From Chrysomallon squamiferum (Eukaryota; Animalia; Mollusca): 64,000 bases of DNA. The translations under genes were made by a program, and so were the position numbers. This document shows, one piece after another, positions 1-12,604 of the stretch. The first letter of the stretch is position 1; each line of letters starts with the position of its first letter. The notes below the pieces were generated by a model, which saw only the letters and a program-made list of their open reading frames with translations, ran no database searches and had not been told where the DNA came from. The stretch is taken from assembly GCA_012295275.1 (NCBI GenBank), contig CM022670.1, positions 34,038,001 to 34,102,000 on the forward strand. The letters are read 5' to 3'.

Positions 1-3000
1 CTTTCCCGCTAATTAGAAAGAGTAGACCACGGTGTCGCGCAACTGTTTTTCTCTCTTGTTATGTAAATAGCTCTTAACGACAATAACGACAAATACATTA
101 CGTTTGTCGCCAATTAGCCATTACCCAAATGTTACAAATAGGTTAAATACAATATTTCCTTCCTTTCCAAAAAACATTACTTTTTTTATTTTATTTACTT
201 ATTTATTCTGTGATCACAGTTCCCTTTGTGTTGAACTATTTTTGTTCCGACAACAGCAGTGTACTTACCGAAGTAACATATTTGGCCTGGCCTGTCTAGG
301 TTGGATAAACAGTGTTTCACTACTTTTGTAATGATCAAATCCCGTATCGAACTGTTTGCTGGCAGACAATACGTGTTCGTTCATGCCGCAATCCAGTTGA
401 TTAACTTCTAGTGAAGTTTTTTTTTTCTCATATAATTACTAAGAGAGTAAAAAGCCTTTTCGTGTCGTGTCTCTATCGGCTGATATGTTTGTATTATTAA
501 TGCAAACCAACGGATACAGATGACTACGTTTTCCAGTGTGCAGTTCCGACTGTAGCATGCGAGACAATGGCATCGATATACCGTAAATTACCTTACAAAT
601 TAACAAACTTAACATAATAATGTATTATAGATGGCCTTGAAATTGACTAACATATTTAGTCCTCTGGGATGATGCGGTTTTTATGAAGTGACGATGAGAG
701 TTGTTGGCTCGGTTATAGTGAAACAGTTTGAGCTGCTGTGGGATCGATAGCTGTAGGAGGGTTTGCTGATTCCGGTAAGACTTGTGGATCATATGAAATA
801 AAATAGAATGAATGTGTCTCAGTCGTCGAAAAATTCCAACCTGGTATAATAATAACAAACATAACCATCAACCAAAATATATATATATTTTAAATTTTCT
901 TTGAAGAATATTAAGGAGTATGTGAGAAAAGGGAAGTTCAGAATCATGTAATGTGTGTCGCAAAAAGATATGTCAAAATATGAAGCCTTTTTAATAAACA
1001 AAACCGAAATATTATAAAAGTTCGCCTGTATTGCTAAGATAATCAAGATATGTAAATACATAAAGTTTTGTAAAATTAGGGTTGTAGACTATGAAAATAT
1101 CTAAGTTTTAACAGTCAAAGGTGGATTTACAAAAAATCCACTGATTTAATTATATATACATATGAAAGTATTTTGAAATTTTCAATAATCCAAAACGATG
1201 TTCAAAACAGCTGGCCAAGGACTCCAAGTTGTCTGAACAAGAAAAACAACCTCAGTCTACCGCTGTCACACTCGGCTTGAAATAATTGCTCTGACAAAAC
1301 AAAACCAGTACCGCAATGGATGCCTGACAGATTCACCAGAACCATTTTAAAGTCGTGAAAAGTGATTTTAGTGTCAAGTTTGAGAACAAAAAAATTCTAC
1401 AGCTCTTGTCTCATAATGGCAGTTTCACTGAGAAATCGGTTAAAGAAACTGGCACCGGAAAGGAGCAACCACGATTTATCTGACGCACCCGAAGCTAATC
1501 TAATTTCAGAGTTTTCTACATGACCTTCAGAAGAAAAACAACAACTAAAAATCCTCGAGAAAAAAACAGGAAAAAAGAAAGAAGCAACAATAAAAGGAAT
1601 AAAGATTAACATCGCGCTTGTCAGGTAATATATAATGCAAAACAGATATAATAATAAAGGTTGTTTTTCTTATTCACAGATACTGGTAAATAATCCACTA
1701 ACGTAGAAGAATGCTTGTTTTTTTTTAATAGTTTTTTTAGTATTAGAAAATAAAATATAAAAAAATAATTTTAAATTATTTATTTATTTAATTATTTACT
1801 TTTTTACTAATTTAGTTATTTTTGTTTTAATTATTTACTAATTTTTATTTTATTTTATTTTTATATTTTTTTTATATTTTTTGGTTCACGCTCCCCTGCG
1901 CACTATTATAAATCACATTAAATGATGCTTACACAAAGACGTAGAAACTGATTCTCGCAATGTATGGTGTTTTTATTATTTATTTATTTATTTTTATTTT
2001 TATTTTATTTTATTTTTATCGTTTACTGGCAGCACGTCCTTTCAAATTATCAAGAGTTAATTTCGTTCTTACGTCATAGCGAGATTTAGATAAGACAGCA
2101 GAAACGAAACGAATATGTCATGCTGATCTAGCAAATATGAAACGATGAACTACTATTCAAAGTATCGAGAGTTACAAAAGAATCAGGCAACATTATATAT
2201 TCGTTATGTGTGGGCATTTCATAGTACTCAAGGGAAACTAAATGTTGTTGATATCAATAAAAGGAAAATGAGTGTAGTAGAGTAATGCATCAATGATTAA
2301 TTAATTAGAAGCGTGAACCACAACAAGGAAAATAAATAATAATTGATTCTCTGAGCCAGTTAGTTAGATTATGTGTCTACTTTTATTAGATTGCTGGTCT
2401 TATTCGACGGGGAACACAGACAGACAGACATACACACACACAAACACACACACACACACACACACACACCAACCCACCCACCCACACGTAATGAATATAT
2501 ATATGTTTTAAAATATATTGCTAGTTTTATATATTATGATTTCCTGCTTAAATTGGTATTGTTTAGTCAAAGTCAGATCAAATTGTTCTAGGCATTGATA
2601 ATAAAATATTTACAAAAATGAAAGAAAACAGTCAGAATATTTTAACACGTGTTTGTGCGATAACAAGATATTGTACGTGTTATAGTATTAGTAATAGTCT
2701 GAAAAACACAACATATCTTTGTTGTTATAAGCTTTTGTATAAAAATTAAATATAAAATCTATACAGTCAAATATAAAAATAAAAACAGTTACCAAGTCAT
2801 CATGAAATAAAATGTTCTTGAAAGAATTCGAGAAGTCAATTTACATTTAATGTTATGTTGAATACTTTATGTGATATTATTTTAAATGCACTCACTTTTC
2901 TGAAAATCCGTATTTGGTTGCTTACCTTAAATATCCGCTTTACAGAGTCCCACATCAAAATCTCTAATTTAATAATAATAAAAACATTTATTTATTTATT

Positions 3001-3434
3001 TTACATGAAATGACTGTACCACGACATTGTCATACTGTAATCATTCAGTCGTGTCGGACTGCAACAACAATCAATTATGTATGTCTTCGATATTGTTCTC
3101 TTGCTGTTGACTATTTAACAGAACCGGCTTTCACTACAGATATATATCAATATTTGAGATTATTGCTCTGACGATTTCTCAAGTCCTTTGGTTTGGAAGA
3201 AAGTAAGTGATTATAAATAAAAGAACGTGATTTCATTTTACGCTTGATCTGAAAACATGTCCAACCATATTTTCCGAATCGGAGAGCAAAACGTCTATGT
3301 AAATATTTCCTGGGAGTTTTTGTTGGTGTTTGGTTTTATTTACGACACACGTTACATGATTCTGAATGCACCTTTTCTCACATTTGCGTGAAATAAAAGT
3401 AGTTTTGTGATGTTTAGTCAAGCCAAGACAAAAT

Positions 3435-3519
<85 letters not shown>

Positions 3520-3634
3520 CTAATGCTAATAATAATACTATTGTAAATTTGAAACACTGAATCAGTGATGCTAATAACCCCACCCTCTTTGTGTATTTGT
3601 TTTTGTTTGTTAATGTGGGTGTGCGGATGTGAGC

Positions 3635-3672
<38 letters not shown>

Positions 3673-4465
3673 ATAAAAAATCGATTGGATAAATAAAATA
3701 GAATGTCATTATTTAAACAAACGCGGGTCCATTGTTTGTATATTTAGAAAACACACACTAGACTTGTATTTTAATATTAGTAGTAATTATTCAACATTAA
3801 ATCCTGACATACAAATCTTGCAACATTATATAAACGTAGATACAAAAATTAACAAATATTTATCCAGCATAGAAATTCTTTAAACTGCATTTAATTGATT
3901 TTTAAATAATGATTTTCATTTAATGTATTTTCAGGATGTTTGCTTTCCGAACAGTCCATGGAATTTTGTAGCAAAGGTTCATGTGATAAAAGTGGCTGAA
4001 TCAAATTTTCATTTTAAGCGTTTATGTGTCTAAACATCTCCAAGATTTTCTAGTCATTCATTCAATAAGTAATTCATACATGATGTGCTAACCGTTATAT
4101 ATAAGCTTAGGTAACAAGGACTGATTTATTGACAAAGTTCTGCTGGAAACAATGCACTGATCAATGAATTATCTGGAGTAAAGTACAGTACTTTAATATT
4201 AATGGAGAGTTACACAGTTTGAGTAAAAAACAATTCTCGGAAAGATAATGATATTTTTCTCAATATAACTGTTTAGGACCAGTTAAAATTAATATTCTTT
4301 TAAAAATTCACAATAACAGATAAATATTAATTGCTAAAAAATATTAAAATAAAGACTTATTAAAATATCGTTATTATTATTGTTATTATTATTGTTGTTG
4401 TTACGGAATCTTCATGGTTCCCTGCCTGTTTCTGAGACTTCGATAATTCACACTTGGATCAACGA

Positions 4466-4688
4466 CAGAGGGCGCTTAACACGTAGACCTATGAAAGAGG
4501 GCGCTTAACACGTAGATCTATGAAAGAGGGCGCTCAACACGTAGACCTATGAAAGAGGGCGCTCAACACGCAGATCTATGAAAGAGGGCGCTCAACACGC
4601 AGATCTATGAAAGAGGGCGCTCAACACGTAGACCTATGAAAGAGGGCGCTTAACGCGTAGACCTATAAAAGAGGGCGCTCAAGACGTT
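4466..4688. repeat. 29-bp minisatellite (AAGAGGGCGCTYAACACGTAGAYCTATGA), ~7.7 units
   Basis: GAGGGCG cores every 29 bp from 4468 to 4671. Confidence 0.95.
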
Positions 4689-5796
4689 TCCATTTAACTT
4701 TTGTCTGCTGATGTTCCTGTCCCTTTATAATTAAACTCATTTCATCTTGTAAGCTATGACTCTGCTGTTTCTAAAATCTAATATTTATTATTCCACTGAT
4801 ATACAATATGCGTTCAAAATATTTTATACATAATTAATATAGGCCTATTTTGATGGCTGTTGAACAAAATCCTATTATTACGGTTTTACGTTCGATTTAA
4901 TTATGTAGTTTTCGTGTAAATCGAGAATATAAATGCATTTGAAATCAACAATCTTTAATCTTTATTTTTTATTTATTTATTTGTTTTTTGATTTGCGCGC
5001 AGATTAGACATTGACAAAAGAAATTATTGTTTTTGCAATTTTCTGTGACATGACTTCCGCAATGGCATGAAAAACAAAATTTGATCGATCTGTAAAGCTA
5101 ATAACGATTTTAATAAGTGGATGAATGAATGATACATTCACAGAGTTCAGTATCAACGTTATCGCACTATTTGAAATGAGAGATGAAACCCGCAACAGTA
5201 CTCTTTAGCAATTTACAGCAAATGATTTATTTAACAATAAAAAACGTCATAAACAGGAAAGCAAGAATCACGGCCTTTGATAAACTAGCTTTGTAAAAGC
5301 CAAAATTAAACACCTTTGGAATCTTATCATCATTTTTAAATCTAAAATATAAATTTGCGTTTTTGTAGCGATAAAAATAAATAAATAAATAAATTAGAAT
5401 AAAAATGATTAATATTCTGTGGTAAATATTAATACTTTGGTAAAGGCTTATTCACAACAGCAAATTCATTGCATCGTTATTCCAGGGAGATAACTTTTTG
5501 GTTCTTCCAGTAGCTTGTCATGCAGAAATAATCTCTGAGACAAAAAAAAAAAAAAAAAACATTCCCGTCCTCCTCCAAAAACAAAAAAAAAAAACAAACA
5601 AACAAACAAACAAAAATAATAATAAAAAAATAAAACATACACAGAAAAACTACAACAACAAATAAAAGACAAAAAGGTAATTTATTTTATTTAATAATAA
5701 GAAATGTGTATGTGTGTAGATTTGAAATAAACTTTAGTTGTAATTTATATAACACTGTTAGTGTTAGGCAAAAGCTGACTGCTACTGCTGCTGACA

Positions 5797-5853
<57 letters not shown>

Positions 5854-6761
5854 TAAGTATTCAACAGAAATATATTTTAACATAGTAAGAACTTATCAGT
5901 TTTATTAATTTCTTTACTGTACCTTCCTTGGCAAAATACATTATACATACACCAAAGTAATTTACAATAATTATTTGCAAAAATTTTATGACAGTAATGG
6001 CTTATCTTTTCTTCTTGTGAAGACGCAGATGATAATATTCCTTTTTCTTTTTTCTTCTTTATCTTTTTTAATATTATTTTATCGAATTATTATTAATAAT
6101 CATACACAAAGAATATATTTTACAGGCTTAATTTGAAAAATACAAATAACATTACATATCAAAATTAAATTCTATTCACAGGTAAATGAACACATACACG
6201 TATTACTGTTGTATATACAAATAATGGTAGTTTTTTTAGACACAATTTTGCAAGCACAATGTGACAAATATATAAGATACGTAATGTGTGTAAAAATCAG
6301 TAATATACTTTATAAATCAATGAGTTGAAATAAAATAAAAGAACAAGAAAAAAGCCTGATATTAAAAAATATATTTAGAAAAATATATACCGATTAAAAA
6401 ATAACATTTAAAAAAAATTAATATAACATTGCCTGTTTTTATTGTTACAGAAATTATCATTGGAAAAAAACAAACAAAACAAAAAATCATAATAAAACCG
6501 TTTTTCTGTTAAATACATATATGTACATTGTACATTGTAAAAGGTTTTAATGCATATGATAAAAAGTGGGAAGAATTATGTTTATTCCACCAAGTAAGAT
6601 ATCAGACTGTGGGTCAAACATGTACATTTTAATTTTCTTTTTAGCAGTGAATTCTGATGTGAAATTGTGATAATTAACTTAGGCAAGGATATAAGAATCA
6701 CAAATGCAGAGAAATCTTAATAAGTGTCACTAGGACGTGACAACTGCATAACATTTGTCAC

Positions 6762-6978
6762 ATGACACATGTTAATACACCTGTCACTGTGACCCGTGTT
6801 AATACACCTGTCACTCTGACACCTGTTAATACACCTGTCACTCTGACACATGTTAATACATCTGTCACTATGACACATTTTAATACACCTGTCACTATGA
6901 CACATGTTAATACACCTGTCACTATGACACATGTTAATACACCTGTCATTATGACACATGTTAATACACTTGTCACTA
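6762..6978. repeat. 27-bp minisatellite (ATGACACATGTTAATACACCTGTCACT), ~8 units
   Basis: Direct tandem units. Only one degenerate unit at the paralogous site ~17756-17785. Confidence 0.93.
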
Positions 6979-7782
6979 CCACAAGACGTATATTACGAGT
7001 CATGTCTGACTTTGCAAATTTCTAATCTTCTATGTCAGAGTAAATAAATATAAATGTTGTGTGATGTCATTAGCTGATGTCACATGGAAATCATGTGACT
7101 GACTAAAATCTGATAGTGATAACATGAAATGATAAATATGAATTAAAGACTGTACTGATAACGCATTTGCGACAGGCAGATTATCGCTGATTTTTTGTGT
7201 GTCAGAGTTAAAAGATTTCAGATTTTCACCAATTTGATACAGAACCTCTTAAAGGAAGAGTAAATATCTGACTTTATGTGTCACAGTGAAAAACTTTGAT
7301 ATGTGTGATGTCATCAGTTGAGATCACATGGAAGTCATGTGACACACAAGAAATTATGTTATCTACTCAATAACATGAAATGATAAATAATAGATAATTA
7401 AAACTTTACACATCAGAAGTATGAGTTAAATTATCAATGATTTGATCCACAAAATTTGAAATCTCACATCCAAATGGAGGTCATGTGACACACAGAAATT
7501 ACATAATCTATGTGACAACATGAAATGATCATTGATAAGGAATATAAGACTACTGTGGTAAAGAAGAATGAAATAGCACATTAACTACGTCTCACTGACT
7601 TTACTCTTATTTCAATTAACTTATTGTCTCCACCTTCTGTGTTTGCTGGAAGGCTGTGCAGTCTTTGCAGTTTTCTGTTTTTAAACTGTAATTTGATTCT
7701 GTTGATGTTCTTTTCACTAAACTTCCACTTGCAAAAACTTCATTAAAACTAGCAGGACTCAGCTGTCTCTGTTTTTCTGGTT

Positions 7783-8376
7783 CTAAAAATAAACGCGTTT
7801 GACTGGGTTTTTTGCAACGTTTATATTTTCGCTCAGTTTATTGAGTTCTAACACAGACGTCGATGCTTCTTTTTTGTCCATGCTTTCAGAAACTTCTTCA
7901 ACCTCATCTATATCAGACACCTGCTTTTCTTTTTTGTGTTTTTCACAAATCACTATACAACTCTTCTTCATACAGACCAAGTATTTATGTGACGGCAACG
8001 GTTTTGCTTTTTCTGTGGAAGTTTCATCCAGTTTGGAGGAACACTCTACAGACTGTGAAGTGAATATATTTTCATTTGTAGACAGTTGATATTTGTCCTC
8101 TGTTGTGGAGCTGTTCTGCTGATGACCTGCTGAGTGCGTATACAACGAAGTAGCACTAGTTGCGTATCTTGTTAGTTCAGAATGTGAAATAAAACGGACA
8201 GGACCTTGTCCAGTAAAAGATTTTAGGAAATGTTTGCGAATTTTGAAGAACAAAGCTTTCCTTAACAATATATAGAACCACGGGTCGAGAATCTGATTAA
8301 TGGAAGCCAGACGGACTGCTAGCAAGTCGCTTCGTACATCTGCCTGTCCAGTTATCTGAATGACCAGTATGTTGAT
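7783..8376 (-). CDS. PTGER4: EP4-like prostanoid receptor, copy A, coding exon 2 (end of TM6, TM7, C-tail; total protein 483 aa)
   Basis: Acceptor tttcag|ATC at 8377/8376, in frame with exon 1. TM7 DLLAVRLASINQILDPWFYILLRK has the conserved prostanoid Arg and DPxxY motif. Stop TAG at 7783-7785. Confidence 0.92.
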   Translation of the reverse strand: MNILVIQITGQADVRSDLLAVRLASINQILDPWFYILLRKALFFKIRKHFLKSFTGQGPVRFISHSELTRYATSATSLYTHSAGHQQNSSTTEDKYQLSTNENIFTSQSVECSSKLDETSTEKAKPLPSHKYLVCMKKSCIVICEKHKKEKQVSDIDEVEEVSESMDKKEASTSVLELNKLSENINVAKNPVKRVYF

Positions 8377-8391
8377 CTGAAAGTATGTATG

Positions 8392-8427
<36 letters not shown>

Positions 8428-9231
8428 TGTATTCATTATTAGATTGAAAGTGCTTTCATTTTGTCAAGTATTGTATGAACTTGTTCATTTGTACCAAAAG
8501 TAAGGTCAGTTAACAATTTTTTTTTTTTTTATCATTATTGCAAGGAGGTCGTTTTGACCGGAAACCGTTCCATCACAAGACTATACGTAATATAATTAAT
8601 TAATCATTAATCATAATAAAAGGCTGAGAATGTATTTCATTAACTGCAACATGTTTATCGACATAAATTAACAAGTGAATCGTTTACGCGATGCGTTAGA
8701 ATTTGCGCACCCGCTTCAAGAATCGTCTTCTTTTCCGAGACTCTGTGACGTTAATGCTATTCCGAATTATTTTCTTGCGTCGTTTATAATCCATCAGATT
8801 ATAGTTAAAATAATCATTTAAACAGAAAAACGCCTTTCTAATTCATGAAATTAATTTCTCACGTAAAATAATACCACATTCGTCGCGTCTCGCTCTATCT
8901 GTAATAACGTAAAAAGCTACTTTTCTTCCAGTTCAGTAAAAGTGTTTTTTATGGCCATGCAAGATACACATTAACCAGTCATTAAACATAAGTTTAAATA
9001 GTTGCCTGTGTTTGAACCTCTGTGTACCGAGTAATTATCAGAAATATTAAACAAGACAACATCAGTGTTATATTTAATAAATTAAATAGGTTACAGGTGT
9101 TACATGTGTTAATGAGATGGCTTGTACATGTGTTATGTTCGCAGTTTGTTATTTAATTTGTGGTTGTGTGCGTGTGTGTGCGTGTGTGCGTGTGCGTGTG
9201 TGTCTGTATATGTGTCTGTAATATAACTTAC
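8377..9231 (-). other. Intron of copy A (855 nt, GT-AG, phase 0, at end of TM6)
   Basis: GTAAGT donor and TTTCAG acceptor join the reading frames. Position matches the TM6 intron known in vertebrate prostanoid receptor genes. Confidence 0.9.
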
Positions 9232-10089
9232 ATTAAGTGGCAACCACAGAGCACAGAAAACGATAGTAATAGCTCCAAGAAACCAGATCATCTCGGTTTC
9301 CATTTCGAGTTTGAACGAAGTATATCTGTAACGAGTTCTGGACGCCACTGAACAAATACTGTTCCGTATCCTCACTCGTCGCATCGAGAGCAAAGTATAG
9401 ATAACAAAACAGTTGGTGACGAAAATAAATACTAAGACAGCAATGTTAAAAATGGAGAAAAAGAAAGCGTAGATCACATCATCTGTACTTTCTCTGTGGT
9501 AATTCAGAAAACACCAAGTGTTAGGAAACTGAATTTCATAACTTCCAAATCCCAAAATCGGGCAAACGCAGAACAATCCTGTAAGCATCCAACACCCGAC
9601 AATGCTAAACTGCGCCATCCGGCGAGTAATATGCTTTACGTAGAAGTACGAAAGCTTTAAAGCGACGAATCTTTCCAGAGTCATCATTCCGACTAAGAGG
9701 GGATGAACAATGCCGAAGAGCACCATCACAAAACCGTGATAAATGCACAAGGCCTCGCCTCCTTGCCAAGTCATGCGGTTGGCATAGGTGACGATAACTA
9801 CGGGTCCTGTACACAGCTGTCCCATGAGATCTGTCCAAGCCAAACCCTCGAGCAGAGTGAACACGACAGTCTGACGAACGTGTCTCCTTGAAGTGTACAG
9901 CACCACCAAAGCCATGACGTTTCCCAGGATACCGACAGAAAGCATGATAATAGGCGTGGGAAAACTAATGGTACGGCCACTGCTAACACATTTGCTGGAA
10001 TTCTGGTTCTCTAATTGACTACAATAATCTTCGAGGTCTAGCTTCACTCTCATTGTGTCGTTGTCGTTGGACAAGTTGCTGTACGCCAT
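9232..10089 (-). CDS. PTGER4: Prostaglandin E2 receptor EP4-like class A GPCR, copy A, coding exon 1 (TM1-TM6, 286 codons)
   Basis: ATG in CAACATGG context. TM1-2 PTPIIMLSVGILGNVMALVVL..FTLLEGLAWTDLMG resembles EP4. TM3 has an ERF motif and ECL2 is YEIQFPNTWCF (prostanoid Q-x-P-x-T-W-C-F signature). Ends at phase-0 donor AAT|GTAAGT at 9232/9231. Family is certain; EP4 subtype is tentative. Confidence 0.93.
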
Positions 10090-10150
10090 GTTGGTTGCAG
10101 TCTGGGTGATTATGTGGGAATTCTACAAACAGCACCTGGTAAATAAAAAC
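10090..10150 (-). promoter_or_regulatory. Putative 5'-UTR splice acceptor 46 nt upstream of the ATG (copy A)
   Basis: Minus strand ttttatttaccag|GTGCTG at 10136/10135, conserved in copy B. A 5'-UTR intron is typical of prostanoid receptor genes. Confidence 0.6.
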
Positions 10151-10289
10151 ATAAAAAACATTAATGTAACGTAAAGTTCGTTCACAAAAGATAATAATAT
10201 GAAGCAGTAGCATCAGTAAACGAAGATTGTGGTAGGATGATAATGATGATACCAAGAAGGTTGAATGTGAACGTAAATTTTTTCATTTC

Positions 10290-10334
<45 letters not shown>

Positions 10335-11223
10335 GTATTTCGAAAATAAGTGTGAATATTAATTTAAATAAAAAAATTATTTTGTTCTGCATTTTAATTC
10401 ATATGTAAATCCGAGATTATGCAAACCATATGTATTATCCATTCACATTAATCTGAACGATCCAACACATTTAAATAGCAAAAAACAGATAATCATATCA
10501 GTAACAATTACAAAGAATTTTATTATCATAAACTGTACGATTACTGTACAGAGAAGAATGCATAACATACATATAATAAACTAAAATTAAAATTTACATG
10601 AATGAAAAAGATCAAATAATCTTTATATTATAGCAACCAAATTATCTGGAATAGGTATACACAAAATCCATTTGTTGAACCAACTATTTATTAATATTTA
10701 TGAATCCGGTTCAAAAATAACACAGCTATTCCCATCGACTTGCATATACATTCATTCATGCATGCATACATTCATATGTATACCTATATCCATACATACA
10801 TACATACATTTGTACATACATACACACATACGTACACGGATACATGCGGACATGCAAACACTCATGCATACCTACCTACCTAAGTAGGCCAATAATACAT
10901 ATGCTTACATTTATATGCTGTAATAATCCATTCATCCTTCTGTGAACGGATTCTAACAGAAGATATAAATAACAAGACAGTTTATTACGCAATCCTTTCT
11001 GGAATACCCATTAAAATAAAAAGATAAGCAGGCACATTAACAAAACGACAGTGTACATGTTGAAGATATTACGATAAAAATGCGGATGTAAAGACTGCAC
11101 GCGAAACCCTATATTAATCAGAAATAAACTTTCAGTCTACAATTAACATAATTATGGAGCCATCGTTATAAAATCAAATCAAATCAAATCAAATCAAATT
11201 AAATCAAATCAAATAAATAAATA

Positions 11224-12332
11224 AAGTGGAACCTCGGGTTACGAACTTGATTCGTTCCAGAAGCGTTGAAATAATGTAAATGTAATCAATCCGTTTCAGC
11301 TCCCAGAATAGTTTTATTTTCATTGTTTTCACGGCTTGGTACACGAAATAAACACAGAATTTTGTTCAAATGACCATATAGATAGAAAAAACGTTAAATT
11401 AAATACTGAGATTACTGTACGTGTGTAGGCTTCCTCTCCGTCAAAGCTATAAAATTTCACCTTAAACGTTTCCGCTTCTTTCTCGTTGGAACTTGAAGCT
11501 TCCCCATCTCTAACAACACTGTTTTTAAACTTCTCAAACCAACCTCTACTGCTTTAAACTCATCACTTTTAGCAGAAGTACTAGACGATTTTGACAACAA
11601 ATCACTGTGCATAAGGTTAACCTTTTCGCATATTATTGCTCAACTAACGCTATCTCCTGCAATTAGCTTTTCATTGATCCAAATTAAGAGAAGCTTTTCA
11701 ACTTCATCTAAAAGTTTGGACCTTTACCTCGTTAGTTTAATCACATATTTGGCCAAGTTAGCTGTCTTGATTACCTCTTTTTTCTTTGAGGATGGTGCAA
11801 ATCGTCGATTTCGCCATACTGTAATCCCAAGCGATGTCAGACACACAAACGCCAATCTCATGTTTTGCAATTATTTCTTTCTTAAACTCTAGTGGATACA
11901 TTTATACTTTCCACCAGCATTATCGCTTTCACTTTTTCTTTTCTTGGGCGCCATATTGGATAGGGTATAATAAAAAAACATACACATAAAAGCAGCAACA
12001 CTTTAGAAAATGCGCGCGCACAATCTCAGTGCAAACACTATTAAGCTGCAACTGCGTATCGAAGACAAAAAGTCCTAATTCATGATATGTATATTTGCTA
12101 TAAGGCATGCCTATAATCCTTACTTTGACTTCGGTTTTGACGTAAGCATCTATTCTTATCTTTCCTAGGTGATGACGTCAAAACTGACGTCAAAAGAAAG
12201 CTTGTCGTGGCGCGTCGCTGTAGTTCGTAACTAGAGACATTATTCGTAAACCGAGACAAAAATTGTCCAAGATCACGGTTCATAATCCGATTTATTCGTG
12301 CTTCGAGGCGTTCGTAACCCGAAGTTCCTCCG
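11224..12332 (-). mobile_element. Tigger/pogo-family (Tc1/mariner superfamily) DNA transposon, internally deleted, ~1.1 kb
   Basis: Imperfect TIRs AAGTGGAACCTCGGGTTACGAA / TTCGTAACCCGAAGTTCCTCCG flanked by TA on both sides. Carries a decayed transposase. Absent at the homologous site in unit B (~22940). Confidence 0.88.
11441..11954 (-). pseudogene. Decayed Tigger transposase N-terminus (CENP-B-type HTH domains)
   Basis: Across frameshifts and stops it reads MAPKKRKSESD..KEIIAKHEIG..DEVEKLLLIWINEK..GDSVS..EFKA/SRGWFEKFK, typical Tigger motifs. No DDE domain present. Confidence 0.8.
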
Positions 12333-12569
12333 TATAAAACAAAGTGTTTTTTTTTTTTTTTCTGTGTGTCTCGAAAAAAAAAAAAAAAAAAAAAAAAAAA
12401 TCGTCTTTAACAGTAATGATAATAAAGCACACCTCCGGAAACAAATAAAAAAGAAATCTTCATGAAAGCAAAGGGTTAAGAGTTATTTATATTACATTAT
12501 ATAAAATAATTCTTACAAATGCTCTAACAAAAGTTATGTAATACTAACTCGAAAACGAATATATATAAA

Positions 12570-12604
<35 letters not shown>

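Noticed and set aside
1190-1630. Purine-rich, coding-looking stretch as a decayed transposase or exon
   Set aside because: Stops in all frames and no motif I can recognise; would need BLASTx.
6717-7025. Cys/His-rich repeat ORFs (MCHSDRCIN)n as a metal-binding peptide
   Set aside because: By-product of the 27-bp minisatellite; absent in the paralogous unit.
9133-9231. ORF-track C-terminal tail VSYITDTYTDTHAH.. (also 20357-20395) and N-terminal 8377-8436
   Set aside because: Read-through into intron; canonical splice sites join TM6 to TM7.
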